Below, piece by piece: positions 44,532-54,642 of a DNA stretch of 63,379 nucleotides. Numbering within the stretch: the first letter of the stretch is position 1; each line of letters opens with the position of its first letter. Origin of the DNA: Bacteroidales bacterium (GTDB lineage Bacteria > Bacteroidota > Bacteroidia > Bacteroidales > WCHB1-69). Made by a program: the position numbers and the translations under genes. Location: NCBI GenBank assembly GCA_045627805.1, contig JAZQOJ010000152.1, positions 1-63,379 of the forward strand. Direction: 5' to 3'. The notes under the pieces are model-generated. The model made no database searches, was not told the DNA's origin, and saw only the letters and a program-made list of their open reading frames with translations.

Positions 44532-45563
44532 TTACGGGATTTCCAAAACCGCCATCACTTCGCTGGAATGGAATGCGCCACCTGGGTAATTGGCCGTGTA
44601 ATCCATATTCAGCCAAATGCTTCCATCGTCGCCAACGTGGTAATTGATCCGGTTTTTCTTTTTTATATTCTTCTTAAATAATTCATTACGAATAAGATAG
44701 CAAACGTTGTCGAAGTCGGTGCGGTTGCTGAATTTCAATTCGGGATAGATGTGGTCGTTGTTGCGTACCAGTCGAACCGTTCCGCCAACTGCATTCAGGC
44801 ACGCCGCCATCATTACAGCGTAGTCGTCGCAGTCGCCGGCAAACGATTCCAGCGTTTCATCCGCAGATGCAAAGTAGTCCCACTTGTGCGGGTCGTTTAC
44901 ATATTGCCAACGTCCTTTTACTTCTTTGAAAACAGAGAAACATTGGATGTACATTCGGTATTGTGGATGTTTCTTGAGTGATTTTTTGAAATTGGTGTTG
45001 GCTGCCTTGTTGGCGTACTGCTTGACTTTCGGCGTGATGCGGGCAGCATTGAGAATCTGCTTCTGTTTCGGGAAGGGTTTTGTGGTGAAAATGTCCTTCA
45101 CGGAGCGGTCTTCGTCGGCCAAGCTGTAAATCACGCCACGGTAGTCAGTTGCCAGGTCTTTAAAACTGTATTTTCCAATCAAAGAGGCCACCAGCATTCC
45201 AGCTAAGAATACCACTAAAATCGAGAGCATCACGTATTTAATCTTTCGGAAAAGATAGTAAAGACACGCCGCGACTGCTATGAACAGTACGATTCGGTCA
45301 ACGGGGACACGCCAGTCGGGGTAGGGGAGCAGGCGGTGCAGCAATATGAACAGCGGCAGCGTGATCACCAGCGCCAAAATGAACGACAGCAGTCGGCTGA
45401 GCCATTTTTTTTGTAAAACGAGGGATGATAACCACGTTTTTTCTTTCTTGGGTTGATTTTCATCCGGGTTTTTCACCATACCATCTTCATTCGTTGGCTT
45501 ATCTTCCGTTGATTTTCCCGCCGAAGAATGGCTGTCTTGCTTCTTGAATTTGAAAAATTTCAT
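44532..45563 (-). CDS. transglutaminase-like domain membrane protein
   Basis: TM helices, then GDCDDYAVMMAACLNAVGG (transglutaminase-core Cys context). Confidence 0.7.
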   Translation of the reverse strand: MKFFKFKKQDSHSSAGKSTEDKPTNEDGMVKNPDENQPKKEKTWLSSLVLQKKWLSRLLSFILALVITLPLFILLHRLLPYPDWRVPVDRIVLFIAVAACLYYLFRKIKYVMLSILVVFLAGMLVASLIGKYSFKDLATDYRGVIYSLADEDRSVKDIFTTKPFPKQKQILNAARITPKVKQYANKAANTNFKKSLKKHPQYRMYIQCFSVFKEVKGRWQYVNDPHKWDYFASADETLESFAGDCDDYAVMMAACLNAVGGTVRLVRNNDHIYPELKFSNRTDFDNVCYLIRNELFKKNIKKKNRINYHVGDDGSIWLNMDYTANYPGGAFHSSEVMAVLEIP

Positions 45564-45575
45564 TCCTTAGAAATT

Positions 45576-47288
45576 TTAACCGAGTTGTTGAATATTTTGA
45601 GCCAAGAATTCGCCACATTCTTCAAAAGTCTTGAAAGTGTGATTCTCTGGCACTACATTGGGGATGACTTTCATCGTATTCAGCATATACAAAGGTTGGG
45701 GCTGAATGATGGTCATCAGTACCGTAACTCCTTTATCTTGAAGGTCTTTGATGGCTGTTTCCATTGCATAAAGTCCTGACTGGTCCATAAAGGATACGAG
45801 TCGCATTCTGATGATTACGATTTTTGTTCCGTCGGGGATGTCGTGCATAACTTCCTGAAAACGCGTGATGGTGCCAAAAAAGATGGGACCGTTCAAACGC
45901 TGAATGTAGATTTTGCTGCGGATTTCGTCGGTCAGCACTTTCTCATCTTCCCACGGGATTTCTTTGTCGAAAACGGTGATTTGGTCGGAGTGATAAGCTC
46001 CTTCCACAAGGTCGCTGGCGCGTTTCATAAACAGCACGCAAGCGATAACCATTCCAATGCCGACGGCAATTAATAAATCAACAAACACAGTGAGTATCAG
46101 CACCGTGACCAAAACAACGGCATCGGCTTTGGGAATTTTGAACAGGTCTTTGAATCCTTTGAAATCAATGATTCCCACCCCTACGGTGATCAGGATGCCC
46201 GCCAAAACGGAGAGCGGTACGTAGCGCACCAGCTTGCCGAGTCCCAGCAGCACGGCCAACAGGAAAACACCGTGAACCATACCCGAAAGCTTGTTGCGGC
46301 CGCCACTTTTAATGTTGACAATGGTACGCATTGTGGCGCCAGCTCCCGGAAGACCACCGAACAAACCGACCGCCAAATTGCCGATACCTTGTCCGATAAG
46401 TTCTTGATTACTATTGTGTTTTACTTTCGTCGTGTTGTCAGCGACAACCGAAGTGAGCAAAGTGTCGATGGAGCCCAACCCCGCCAAGGTCAAAGCAGGA
46501 ATCACCGACATTTTAGCGACTGCTAACCAATCAACGCCTGCAACGCTATGGGCGGCAAAGAAAGGAAGGGGAAATCCTGACGGGATTTCACCAATTGTGA
46601 GTTTGCTGTCGAAAGGTACGCAGACCGCCACAACCGTCATTACAACCAAAGCCACCAAGGTGGCAGGTATCTTCTTGGAAATCAATGGAAAAAGATAAAT
46701 AATGGCTACGGTTCCCAAGCCGAGCAGCAGTGCGGTAAGGTTGAAGCCCGCGATTTTAGCAGGCAGTTGGGTGATCATATCCACAATCAGCACTGGCGAT
46801 TTCAATCCTAACAAAGGATAAATCTGCTGCACAATGATGATGATGCCGATACCGCTCATAAAGCCCGATAAAACGGGATATGGGATGTAACGAATGTATT
46901 TGCCGATTTTGAGAATCCCGAAAATAATTTGAAACACGCCACACAGCATTGCCGCCAGCGCCATACTAATGATCACTGTCTCAATGCTATGGCTGCCCGA
47001 TGCGGCCCAAACGGAAGAGATGAGCGTGGCGGAAATCACCGTCATCGGTCCTGTGGGACCACTGATTTGAGAGGGAGTTCCTCCAAACAGAGAGGCGAAA
47101 AAGCCCAACATCATTGCGCCTGTCAATCCAGCCAGCGCACCAATCGCCCCAATATTGCCGACCTCTTCCACACTGATCACGCCAAACGCTTGAATACCAA
47201 AGGCCAAAGCCAATGGCAATGCCACAATTCCGGCTGTGATTCCTCCAAAAATATCGCCCCGCAAGTTCGTTTTGTCAAATATTTTCAT
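45576..47288 (-). CDS. SulP-family anion transporter with C-terminal STAS domain
   Basis: GDIFGGITAGIVALP.ALAFG start, multi-TM core, and a STAS-like tail (VIIRMRLVSFMDQSGLYA). Confidence 0.85.
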   Translation of the reverse strand: MKIFDKTNLRGDIFGGITAGIVALPLALAFGIQAFGVISVEEVGNIGAIGALAGLTGAMMLGFFASLFGGTPSQISGPTGPMTVISATLISSVWAASGSHSIETVIISMALAAMLCGVFQIIFGILKIGKYIRYIPYPVLSGFMSGIGIIIIVQQIYPLLGLKSPVLIVDMITQLPAKIAGFNLTALLLGLGTVAIIYLFPLISKKIPATLVALVVMTVVAVCVPFDSKLTIGEIPSGFPLPFFAAHSVAGVDWLAVAKMSVIPALTLAGLGSIDTLLTSVVADNTTKVKHNSNQELIGQGIGNLAVGLFGGLPGAGATMRTIVNIKSGGRNKLSGMVHGVFLLAVLLGLGKLVRYVPLSVLAGILITVGVGIIDFKGFKDLFKIPKADAVVLVTVLILTVFVDLLIAVGIGMVIACVLFMKRASDLVEGAYHSDQITVFDKEIPWEDEKVLTDEIRSKIYIQRLNGPIFFGTITRFQEVMHDIPDGTKIVIIRMRLVSFMDQSGLYAMETAIKDLQDKGVTVLMTIIQPQPLYMLNTMKVIPNVVPENHTFKTFEECGEFLAQNIQQLG

Positions 47289-47335
47289 TTTCTGTTTCCC
47301 TAAATTAATAAGTTAAGATGTTTATTATCAATATG

Positions 47336-48427
47336 TTAAATAAATTTATCGCCAAAATCAATCTGTACATCATTGACATATTGGCGAATCTGCTGTTCGT
47401 TTTCTTTCTTGCAGATTAACAGCACGTTGTCGTTATCCACGATGATGTAGTCGTCAAGGCCTTGCAGCACTACGGCTTTGTTTTTGGGCACATTCACGAT
47501 GCAGCCCTCCGAACCGTAAGTTTTCACTTTGTTGCCCACGACCACATTGTTGTGTCTGTCTTTTTCACTGATTTCGTAGAGCGCGCCCCACGTTCCAAGG
47601 TCCGACCAGCCGAAGTCGGCGGCGTAAACACACACATTATCAGCGTGTTCCATTACGCCGTAGTCGATGGAGATGTTTTTGCAAACCAAATAAGTGGCTT
47701 TGATGAAAGCATCTTCGGCGGGCGTGTTGTACAATCCTTCGCCTTGTTTGAACAGGTCGTTCACTTCGGGGAGATGCTGTTCGAAAGCGGCCTCGATTTC
47801 GCGCAGCGACCACATAAAAATTCCCGCATTCCACAGGAACTCACCACTTTCCACAAATTGCTTGGCGACTTCCAGTGCTGGTTTTTCAGTGAAAATCTTC
47901 ACATCGTAAATGGAGGGGTTCTCTTTTGAAGCGGTGTCTTCGTTGTACTGAATGTAGCCGTAGCCCGTGTTGGGGCAGGAGGGACGGATGCCAATGGTAA
48001 GGAGTTTTGGATTTTTCTGAACGAAATCCAATCCTTTGGTAATCACTTCCTTAAATACATCTTCTTTCAGAATGACGTGGTCGGAAGGCGCTACTACCAC
48101 CACTGCGTTAGGGTTTTTGGCCTTGATTTTGAAATTGGCGTATGCGATGCACGGCGCTGTATTGCGGCGAGCGGGTTCCAAAACGATTTGCTCATCCAAA
48201 AGTCCGGGCAACTGTTCTTTTACCAAGTCTGCATATAACTTATTGGTAATGATATAGATATTCTCTTTAGGACAGATTTCCGTAAAGCGGCGGAAGGTTT
48301 TTTGAATCAGCGACTCGCCGTCATCAAGGATGTCGATAAACTGTTTGGGTGTGTGTGTGCGGCTCATCGGCCAAAAACGGGCACCGATGCCGCCAGCCAT
48401 AATGACACAATAGAAATTTGGGTTCAT
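47336..48427 (-). CDS. mannose-1-phosphate guanylyltransferase
   Basis: VIMAGGIGARFWPMSR..PKQF N-terminal nucleotidyltransferase motif, 363 aa. Confidence 0.85.
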   Translation of the reverse strand: MNPNFYCVIMAGGIGARFWPMSRTHTPKQFIDILDDGESLIQKTFRRFTEICPKENIYIITNKLYADLVKEQLPGLLDEQIVLEPARRNTAPCIAYANFKIKAKNPNAVVVVAPSDHVILKEDVFKEVITKGLDFVQKNPKLLTIGIRPSCPNTGYGYIQYNEDTASKENPSIYDVKIFTEKPALEVAKQFVESGEFLWNAGIFMWSLREIEAAFEQHLPEVNDLFKQGEGLYNTPAEDAFIKATYLVCKNISIDYGVMEHADNVCVYAADFGWSDLGTWGALYEISEKDRHNNVVVGNKVKTYGSEGCIVNVPKNKAVVLQGLDDYIIVDNDNVLLICKKENEQQIRQYVNDVQIDFGDKFI

Positions 48428-48497
48428 TTTATATTAAAATATGTAAGATGTGCGAACGATGGCGCACAGTTATTTTGATTGATTGGGTATGATGCTA

Positions 48498-50225
48498 TTA
48501 ATCTTCCGGAGTGAGGGCGGCCGTCATTTCAGCGATTTTGGCCTTTACTGCGTCCACCACTTCTTCGGGTTTCAGATCTTGAGCGAAAGACTTGTCGCGG
48601 GCGGCGAATTCCACGGCGCCGCGCTCAAGCGTGCGCGGGCTGATGACCAGACGCAACGGAACGCCCAGCAGGTCGGCATCGGAGAACATCACGCCGGCGC
48701 TGATGCTGCGGTCGTCGAAGATGACTTCCACGCCTGCCTTTTTCAAATTGGCGTAAAGTTCATCGGAAATGCGTCTAACCTCTTCATTGTCAGAGCGCAA
48801 TGCGCAAATGTGAACTTGCCACGGCGCAATAGTGATAGGCCAGATGGGACCGAACTTGTCGTGCGAGACCTCGCAAATGGACGCCATCATACGGCCCACG
48901 CCGATTCCGTAGCAGCCCATAATCGGGTACTGCAACTTGTTGTCCTGATCGAGGTACTGCATATTCATTGATTCGGTGTATTTGGTGCCCAGTTGGAAGA
49001 TGTTGCCGACTTCGATGCCGCGGCTGATGGTGATGGAGTGCTTGCCGCAGACAGGGCAGATGCCGCCTTCGACGGCTTTCGCCAGACTCACGAACTCGAT
49101 TTCGCCGAGGTCGCGGGCGATATTCATTCCCACATAGTGATAGTCGGTCTTGTTGGCTCCGGCCACGAACGAGTTCATCGTCTTCAAAGACTCGTCGAAC
49201 ACGACGGTCACATTTTCGGGCAGGCCTTTCGGACCGATGAAGCCCGGACAAAGTCCCATATCGTCGGTGATGACGGCGGCGTGAACTTCGGCTTTGAGGT
49301 GATTGCGCAACTTGGTTTCGTTCACTTCCAAGTCGCCACGCAGGAAGACGATGACCACGGAGTCGTCGGCATTGCGCTGATACATAACGGCTTTGCACGA
49401 ATTAACGGGATCGGTATGCAGGAAATTGCAAACTTCCTCAATGGTTTTGTAACCGGGGGTGTGTACCTCTTCGAGGGGACGCACTTCGGTGGGCTCGTTG
49501 TGAACGATGCTGTCGGCGGCCTCGCTATTGGAGCGGTAGCCGCATTCGGGGCAGATCACGATGGTGTCTTCGCCGATGTCGGTGAGGAGCATAAACTCGT
49601 GCGACACGCGGCCGCCCATCATACCGGAATCAGACTTCACGGCGACCACCTGCGGGATGCCGCAGCGGGTGAAGATGCGTTCGTAGGAGCGGTAGGCGAT
49701 TTTGTAGTAGCGTTCCAGGTCTTCCTGCGAAGTGTGGAAAGAGTAGGCGTCCTTCATTGTGAACTCGCGGGTGCGGATGAGGCCACCGCGGGAACGCGGC
49801 TCGTCGCGGAACTTGGTCTGAATCTGATAAATCATAAACGGATACTGCGTGTAGGTGGATGCCGCATTGCGGGCCAATTGCACGGCCGCCTCTTCGTGCG
49901 TCATTCCCAGCACCATATCCATTCCGTTGCGGTCTTTGAAACGAAGAAGCTCTGAACCGATGCTGCTGAAACGTCCCGACTCCTGCCAAAGCGAACCCGG
50001 CATTACAACGGGGAACATAACTTCCTGACCGTCAATTCGGTCCATCTCTTCGCGCAAAATATTCTCGATTTTCTTCGTGATTCTTTTCGCTGGTTGGAAC
50101 AAAGAAAAAACTCCAGTTCCCACTGACTTGATGTAACCTCCGCGCACCATAAAAGCGTGACTGTCAATCGTACAGTCTCCAGGTGCCTTCTTGAATCTTT
50201 CTCCTAATAATGTTGAAACTTTCAT
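48498..50225 (-). CDS. proS: proline--tRNA ligase, bacterial type with insertion (editing) domain
   Basis: 575 aa. The N-terminus is collinear with E. coli-type ProRS (..SH.F.VRGGYI...G.G.....P...R...KIE.I.REEM). Class II motifs and a large insertion between motifs 2 and 3. Confidence 0.9.
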   Translation of the reverse strand: MKVSTLLGERFKKAPGDCTIDSHAFMVRGGYIKSVGTGVFSLFQPAKRITKKIENILREEMDRIDGQEVMFPVVMPGSLWQESGRFSSIGSELLRFKDRNGMDMVLGMTHEEAAVQLARNAASTYTQYPFMIYQIQTKFRDEPRSRGGLIRTREFTMKDAYSFHTSQEDLERYYKIAYRSYERIFTRCGIPQVVAVKSDSGMMGGRVSHEFMLLTDIGEDTIVICPECGYRSNSEAADSIVHNEPTEVRPLEEVHTPGYKTIEEVCNFLHTDPVNSCKAVMYQRNADDSVVIVFLRGDLEVNETKLRNHLKAEVHAAVITDDMGLCPGFIGPKGLPENVTVVFDESLKTMNSFVAGANKTDYHYVGMNIARDLGEIEFVSLAKAVEGGICPVCGKHSITISRGIEVGNIFQLGTKYTESMNMQYLDQDNKLQYPIMGCYGIGVGRMMASICEVSHDKFGPIWPITIAPWQVHICALRSDNEEVRRISDELYANLKKAGVEVIFDDRSISAGVMFSDADLLGVPLRLVISPRTLERGAVEFAARDKSFAQDLKPEEVVDAVKAKIAEMTAALTPED

Positions 50226-50303
50226 TATGATTTTATATTTGTTTTGTTATATTATTTAGTATCAATTAGTTAAATATGCTCTTGTTATCCAACAAAAAGC
50301 GTG

Positions 50304-50311
50304 CAAAGTTA
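50304..50311 (-). promoter_or_regulatory. -7 box TAnnTTTG (taactttg on minus strand) for proS
   Basis: The plus strand reads caaagtta, about 80 nt upstream of the ATG at 50225. Confidence 0.4.
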
Positions 50312-50439
50312 AGCAATTTTAGTGGGTTTTCAAGCTACTTTTTAATATATATAATTTTATTTTTAAATAATTTTTCGGTTCAAAATAAAACTTCAAAAAT
50401 TGCGTTACAAATAAGTTTATTTTGTCTAAAAATATCATA

Positions 50440-52182
50440 ATGAAAAGAATTGCTACAACATTACTGCTCCTTGCGGGCATCATTTTCCCCTCATTGCAAG
50501 CACAAGACCAGGACATCCTGGTTACGATTGGAGACGAAAACATTACGGCAGGAGAATTCATCCGGGCATATAGCAAGAACAATAATTGGGCGACAGCCAG
50601 CGAGGCCGAGTTGCGCGATTACCTCAATCTGTTCATCAATTTCAAGATGAAGGTGAAGGAAGGCGTTGAGATGCAGCTGGACACTTCCCGCAAGTTCCAG
50701 ATGGAACTGAAGTCGTATCAGAAGCAGTCGTCGCAGCAGTTCCTGATTGACAAGGAGGTGACCGACGCATTGCTGAACGAGGCCTGTGAGCGTGCCCGCT
50801 GGAACATCCGCGCCTCGCACATCCTGATCAACTGCGTGGATGGCGCGGCTCCGAAAGACACCGCCGCCGCCTACAGCAAGGCGTTGTCGATTCGCGAGGA
50901 GATTCTGAGCGGCGCGATTACTTTCGCCGATGCCGCCGTGAAATATTCCGACGACCCGTCGGCACGCGATATGGTGAACCCGCAAACCAATCGCCTCCAT
51001 CCTGGCAACAAGGGCGACCTCGGCTATTTCACCGTTTTCGACCTGATTTATCCTTTTGAGTGCGCTGCTTACCAGACCTCGGTAGGCCAACTTTCAATGC
51101 CCGTGCGCACCCGCTTCGGCTACCATCTCATCTACGTCATCGATAGAATCCCGGCGTTGGAAGAGATTCAGATCGCTCAAATCTTTATTGCTGACTCGCT
51201 CGCCAAAGAGGGTCAAAAGCTTCCTTCCACGCAAACGAAACTGCAAGAGGCGATGCAACTTTTGCAAAGCGGCACCGACTTCGCTGAGGTGGTGGCACAG
51301 TATTCGGAGGAGAAAGACGCCGCAAAGAACGGCGGCGTGCAGGAACCTTTCAGCCCCAACACTCGTAAGGGCGACTTCATCAAGGCCATCATTTCTCTCA
51401 AGGAAAACGAAGTCTCGGAACCCATCGCCACGCAGAACGGTTGGCACATTGTGAAACTGCTGAAAACCACTCCGGTTGTGGTGGACGAAAACCTGACTTA
51501 CGGCTTGAAAAATCGAATTTCCCGCGACAGCCGCTCTTATAAGAGCAAGGAATCTTTTGTAGCCAAACTGAAAAAAGAATACCATTACGACGAATCGGGC
51601 CGCAAAAAGGCCGTCAAGTTCTTATTGAAGAATATGCCCGCCGAATTTTTCCAGACCAAGAACTCGGAACTTCATAAAACACCTGGCATTGAGAAATTGA
51701 AACCGATGGCCACCTTCGCCAATGTGGAGATTTCGGCTGCTGATTTCGCTCTGCATATTGGAAGATACCGCGGGCTGAGCATTGAGAAAAACGAATTCGA
51801 GAAATTCCTGGATGAGAAATTCGAAACTTTTGTCGCCGACAAGATTATCCGTTATGAAAACGACCATCTGTTGGAAAAGCACGCCGAGTTGCGCGACCTC
51901 GTGACCGAATTTCACGACGGAATGGTGCTTTTTGAGGTCAACACGCTGAAAGTGTGGGGACAAGCCGTGCAGGATTCCACCGGACTCGTTGATTTCTATA
52001 ACGCAAACAAGCAAAAGTATCTTGACGAAACAACGAAGGAGCCGAAACCTTTGCAGGACATCCGCGCCACTGTCATCACCGACTATCAGGAACAATTGGA
52101 CGAACAGTGGATTAACGAGCTTCGCCAAAAATATCAACCCGTTATCAAAAAAGAGGTTTTCGACAAAATCATAAAGAAATAA
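50440..52182 (+). CDS. peptidylprolyl isomerase (parvulin-type, SurA/PpiD-like)
   Basis: Signal peptide MKRIATTLLLLAG. Parvulin motifs ASHILI and GDLGYF......FE.A......G..S.PV.T.FGYHLIYV. ATG 50440 preferred over TTG 50422. Confidence 0.8.
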   Translation: MKRIATTLLLLAGIIFPSLQAQDQDILVTIGDENITAGEFIRAYSKNNNWATASEAELRDYLNLFINFKMKVKEGVEMQLDTSRKFQMELKSYQKQSSQQFLIDKEVTDALLNEACERARWNIRASHILINCVDGAAPKDTAAAYSKALSIREEILSGAITFADAAVKYSDDPSARDMVNPQTNRLHPGNKGDLGYFTVFDLIYPFECAAYQTSVGQLSMPVRTRFGYHLIYVIDRIPALEEIQIAQIFIADSLAKEGQKLPSTQTKLQEAMQLLQSGTDFAEVVAQYSEEKDAAKNGGVQEPFSPNTRKGDFIKAIISLKENEVSEPIATQNGWHIVKLLKTTPVVVDENLTYGLKNRISRDSRSYKSKESFVAKLKKEYHYDESGRKKAVKFLLKNMPAEFFQTKNSELHKTPGIEKLKPMATFANVEISAADFALHIGRYRGLSIEKNEFEKFLDEKFETFVADKIIRYENDHLLEKHAELRDLVTEFHDGMVLFEVNTLKVWGQAVQDSTGLVDFYNANKQKYLDETTKEPKPLQDIRATVITDYQEQLDEQWINELRQKYQPVIKKEVFDKIIKK

Positions 52183-52183
52183 C

Positions 52184-52999
52184 GTGAAAAAAATCGTCTT
52201 TTTTGCTTTGTGCCTGCTGTGCCTTTGTGCCAGTTGCAAAAAGAAAGACAAGTCGGTGGCTGAGTACAACCACCATCGGCTTTATCTTTCCGAATTGCGC
52301 GCTATGCTGCCAGAAGGACTATCCGTGGAAGACAGTCTGCAATTTTGTCAGCACATCATCGACAGTTGGCTCACCGATCAGATTATTTTAGAGGAAGCCC
52401 AAAAGAGTCTTTCTTTGAAAGACAAGAACTTCGACCGGCAGCTTGCGGAATATCGGGCTTCGTTGCTGAAACAGAAATATTTTGAACAAATCACATCCGA
52501 TCCGAAACTTTTCGCGGTGAGCGATGCGGAAGTGCGGAAAGCCATCTCGCAGAGTCAGGGCAAGTTATTGGTTGATAGGGAGATCGTTCAATTAAATTAT
52601 GTGAAAGTGTCACAAAAATCCGCACCGTATGCCGAACTGAAGTCAATACTTTTTGATGAAAGCCGGCGGGGTGTTGAGAAAGCCACCATAGAGAAATTGT
52701 GTGGCGACTCGCTGGAATATTTCATTGAGGACGACCAATGGCTTTATTGGAGCGACGTTCAGCAGGAGATCCCCATTACTTTGGAGAGTAGCAAAAATTA
52801 CGATTTCCCTCTTTATTTTGAAAAGAAAGTGGATGATGCGGGCTATCTGGTTGTGGTGTTGGATTACCGCTCCGGACAAACGGGCGAGGAGTCGGACGAA
52901 TATTTCGAGAGTATGCGCACAATGCTCATCCAGCAGAAAAAGAATGATTATATCAATAAGAAAATCAAAGAATTAACCTCTAAACATAAAAAAATATGA
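52184..52999 (+). CDS. hypothetical lipoprotein (SurA-N-like chaperone?)
   Basis: GTG start. Signal plus lipobox (LLCLCASCKKK). Co-directional and 4-nt overlapped with lepB. Confidence 0.55.
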   Translation: MKKIVFFALCLLCLCASCKKKDKSVAEYNHHRLYLSELRAMLPEGLSVEDSLQFCQHIIDSWLTDQIILEEAQKSLSLKDKNFDRQLAEYRASLLKQKYFEQITSDPKLFAVSDAEVRKAISQSQGKLLVDREIVQLNYVKVSQKSAPYAELKSILFDESRRGVEKATIEKLCGDSLEYFIEDDQWLYWSDVQQEIPITLESSKNYDFPLYFEKKVDDAGYLVVVLDYRSGQTGEESDEYFESMRTMLIQQKKNDYINKKIKELTSKHKKI

Positions 53000-54609
53000 C
53001 GCTTTCGGTAACTGCTTGTTATGTTATTTTCGGGCTTGCTTATTTGGGATTTCAAATAGGTTTATGGACCATTTTCAACAAGGCGGGACTGGCTGGATGG
53101 AAGTCTGTTGTTCCGGTTTACCGTACCTGGATTTGGCTTCGCAAGGTGATTGAACGGCCTGCCTGGTGGATGATTCTGATGTTCGTTCCGTTCATCAATA
53201 TTTTTATGGGCTACCTGATGATTTGGAAAACCATCCGACTGTTTGGCAAAACCAGTTATTTGTCGCTGGTGCCGGGCACCTTTTTCAACTGCATTTACCT
53301 TCCCTATTTGGGATTTTCGAAAAAGGAGACCTTTACGCCGCGGGCGCAGTTGAAGAAATTCGAGAAAAGTTCCGCCCGCGAGTGGGGCGACGCCATCATT
53401 TTCGCAGTGGCGGCGGCCTATCTTTTCCGTTCCTTCCTTTTCGAACTCTATGCCATCCCGACTTCCTCTATGGAAAGCTCGCTGATGGTGGGCGACTATC
53501 TGGCGGTCAGTAAGTTTCATTTTGGAGGAAGAATCCCGCAGACGGTTTTCACCATCCCGTTTATGCATCACACGGTGGCACTCACGAAAGACACGCCCAA
53601 CTATCTGAGCTGGCTGCAACTTCCTTATATGCGTTTTCCCGCAACCTCTCCCGTGAAAAACAACGATCCCATCGTGTTCAACTATCCCGATGGCGATACC
53701 GTGGCCATTGAGCGCCAGAACGAGAGCTATTATGAAATCGTGCGGCAGTACGAGGCCATTTTGAACCCGGATGCTACGTTTTACGAGAAAAATATGATTT
53801 CGCATCGTTACTCGCCCGAAGAAATTATGAGAATCAAATCCACGTACGGCACAACGCCTTACCACGTTGGCGCGGGCCGTGAGGCGGTGGCGCAGGAATA
53901 CACCATCCGCGTGCGCCCCGTTGACAAGCGCGAGAATTATGTGAAAAGGTGCGTGGCGCTGCCTGGCGACAAACTTGAAATCATCAACGGACAACTCTAC
54001 ATCAATGGCAAGGCGGCCCAAAATCCGGAGAGAATGCAGTTCTGCTACACCGTGACGCCTCCGCTCAGCCCGAAGTTCGTGAAGAAACTCCGTTTGAACG
54101 AGGAAGATATGTATCCCGAATACGGCGTTTACACACTCAACAACGAACAGCGCAAGCAGATTGAAAAGGCAGGTCACACGGTAACCCCGACCATTGAAAC
54201 GCCTGGCTTCGACTACGCCATCTTCCCGCACGACCCGCGCTTTAGTTGGAACAAAGACAATTTCGGTCCGCTCGTGATGCCCAAGGCAGGCACCACCGTG
54301 GAACTCAACGACTCCACTATTGTATTGTATGATAAGATTATACGAAACTACGAACTCAACACATTGGAACAAAGAGACGGCAAGATTTTCATCAACGGGA
54401 AAGAGGCGAAGAGTTACACTTTCCAGCAGAATTACTACTTTATGATGGGCGACAACCGTCACAATTCCGCTGACTCGCGCTACTGGGGCTTCGTGCCCGA
54501 AGACCACATCGTGGGAAAACCCGTGCTGGTATGGCTGTCGCTCGACAAATACCGCGAGTGGGGCGATGGGAAAATCCGCTGGAGCCGTATGTTCCGCCAC
54601 ATCAAATAA
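52996..54609 (+). CDS. lepB: signal peptidase I with N-terminal DUF5684-like membrane domain
   Basis: S26 motifs IPTSSMESSLMVGDYL and GDNRHNSADSRYWGFVPEDHIVGK. The N-terminal W.IF.KAG..GW...VP.Y segment is DUF5684-like. Confidence 0.85.
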   Translation: MTLSVTACYVIFGLAYLGFQIGLWTIFNKAGLAGWKSVVPVYRTWIWLRKVIERPAWWMILMFVPFINIFMGYLMIWKTIRLFGKTSYLSLVPGTFFNCIYLPYLGFSKKETFTPRAQLKKFEKSSAREWGDAIIFAVAAAYLFRSFLFELYAIPTSSMESSLMVGDYLAVSKFHFGGRIPQTVFTIPFMHHTVALTKDTPNYLSWLQLPYMRFPATSPVKNNDPIVFNYPDGDTVAIERQNESYYEIVRQYEAILNPDATFYEKNMISHRYSPEEIMRIKSTYGTTPYHVGAGREAVAQEYTIRVRPVDKRENYVKRCVALPGDKLEIINGQLYINGKAAQNPERMQFCYTVTPPLSPKFVKKLRLNEEDMYPEYGVYTLNNEQRKQIEKAGHTVTPTIETPGFDYAIFPHDPRFSWNKDNFGPLVMPKAGTTVELNDSTIVLYDKIIRNYELNTLEQRDGKIFINGKEAKSYTFQQNYYFMMGDNRHNSADSRYWGFVPEDHIVGKPVLVWLSLDKYREWGDGKIRWSRMFRHIK

Positions 54610-54642
54610 GCCAATCTGATAAGAAACAACACACCGCATTTT

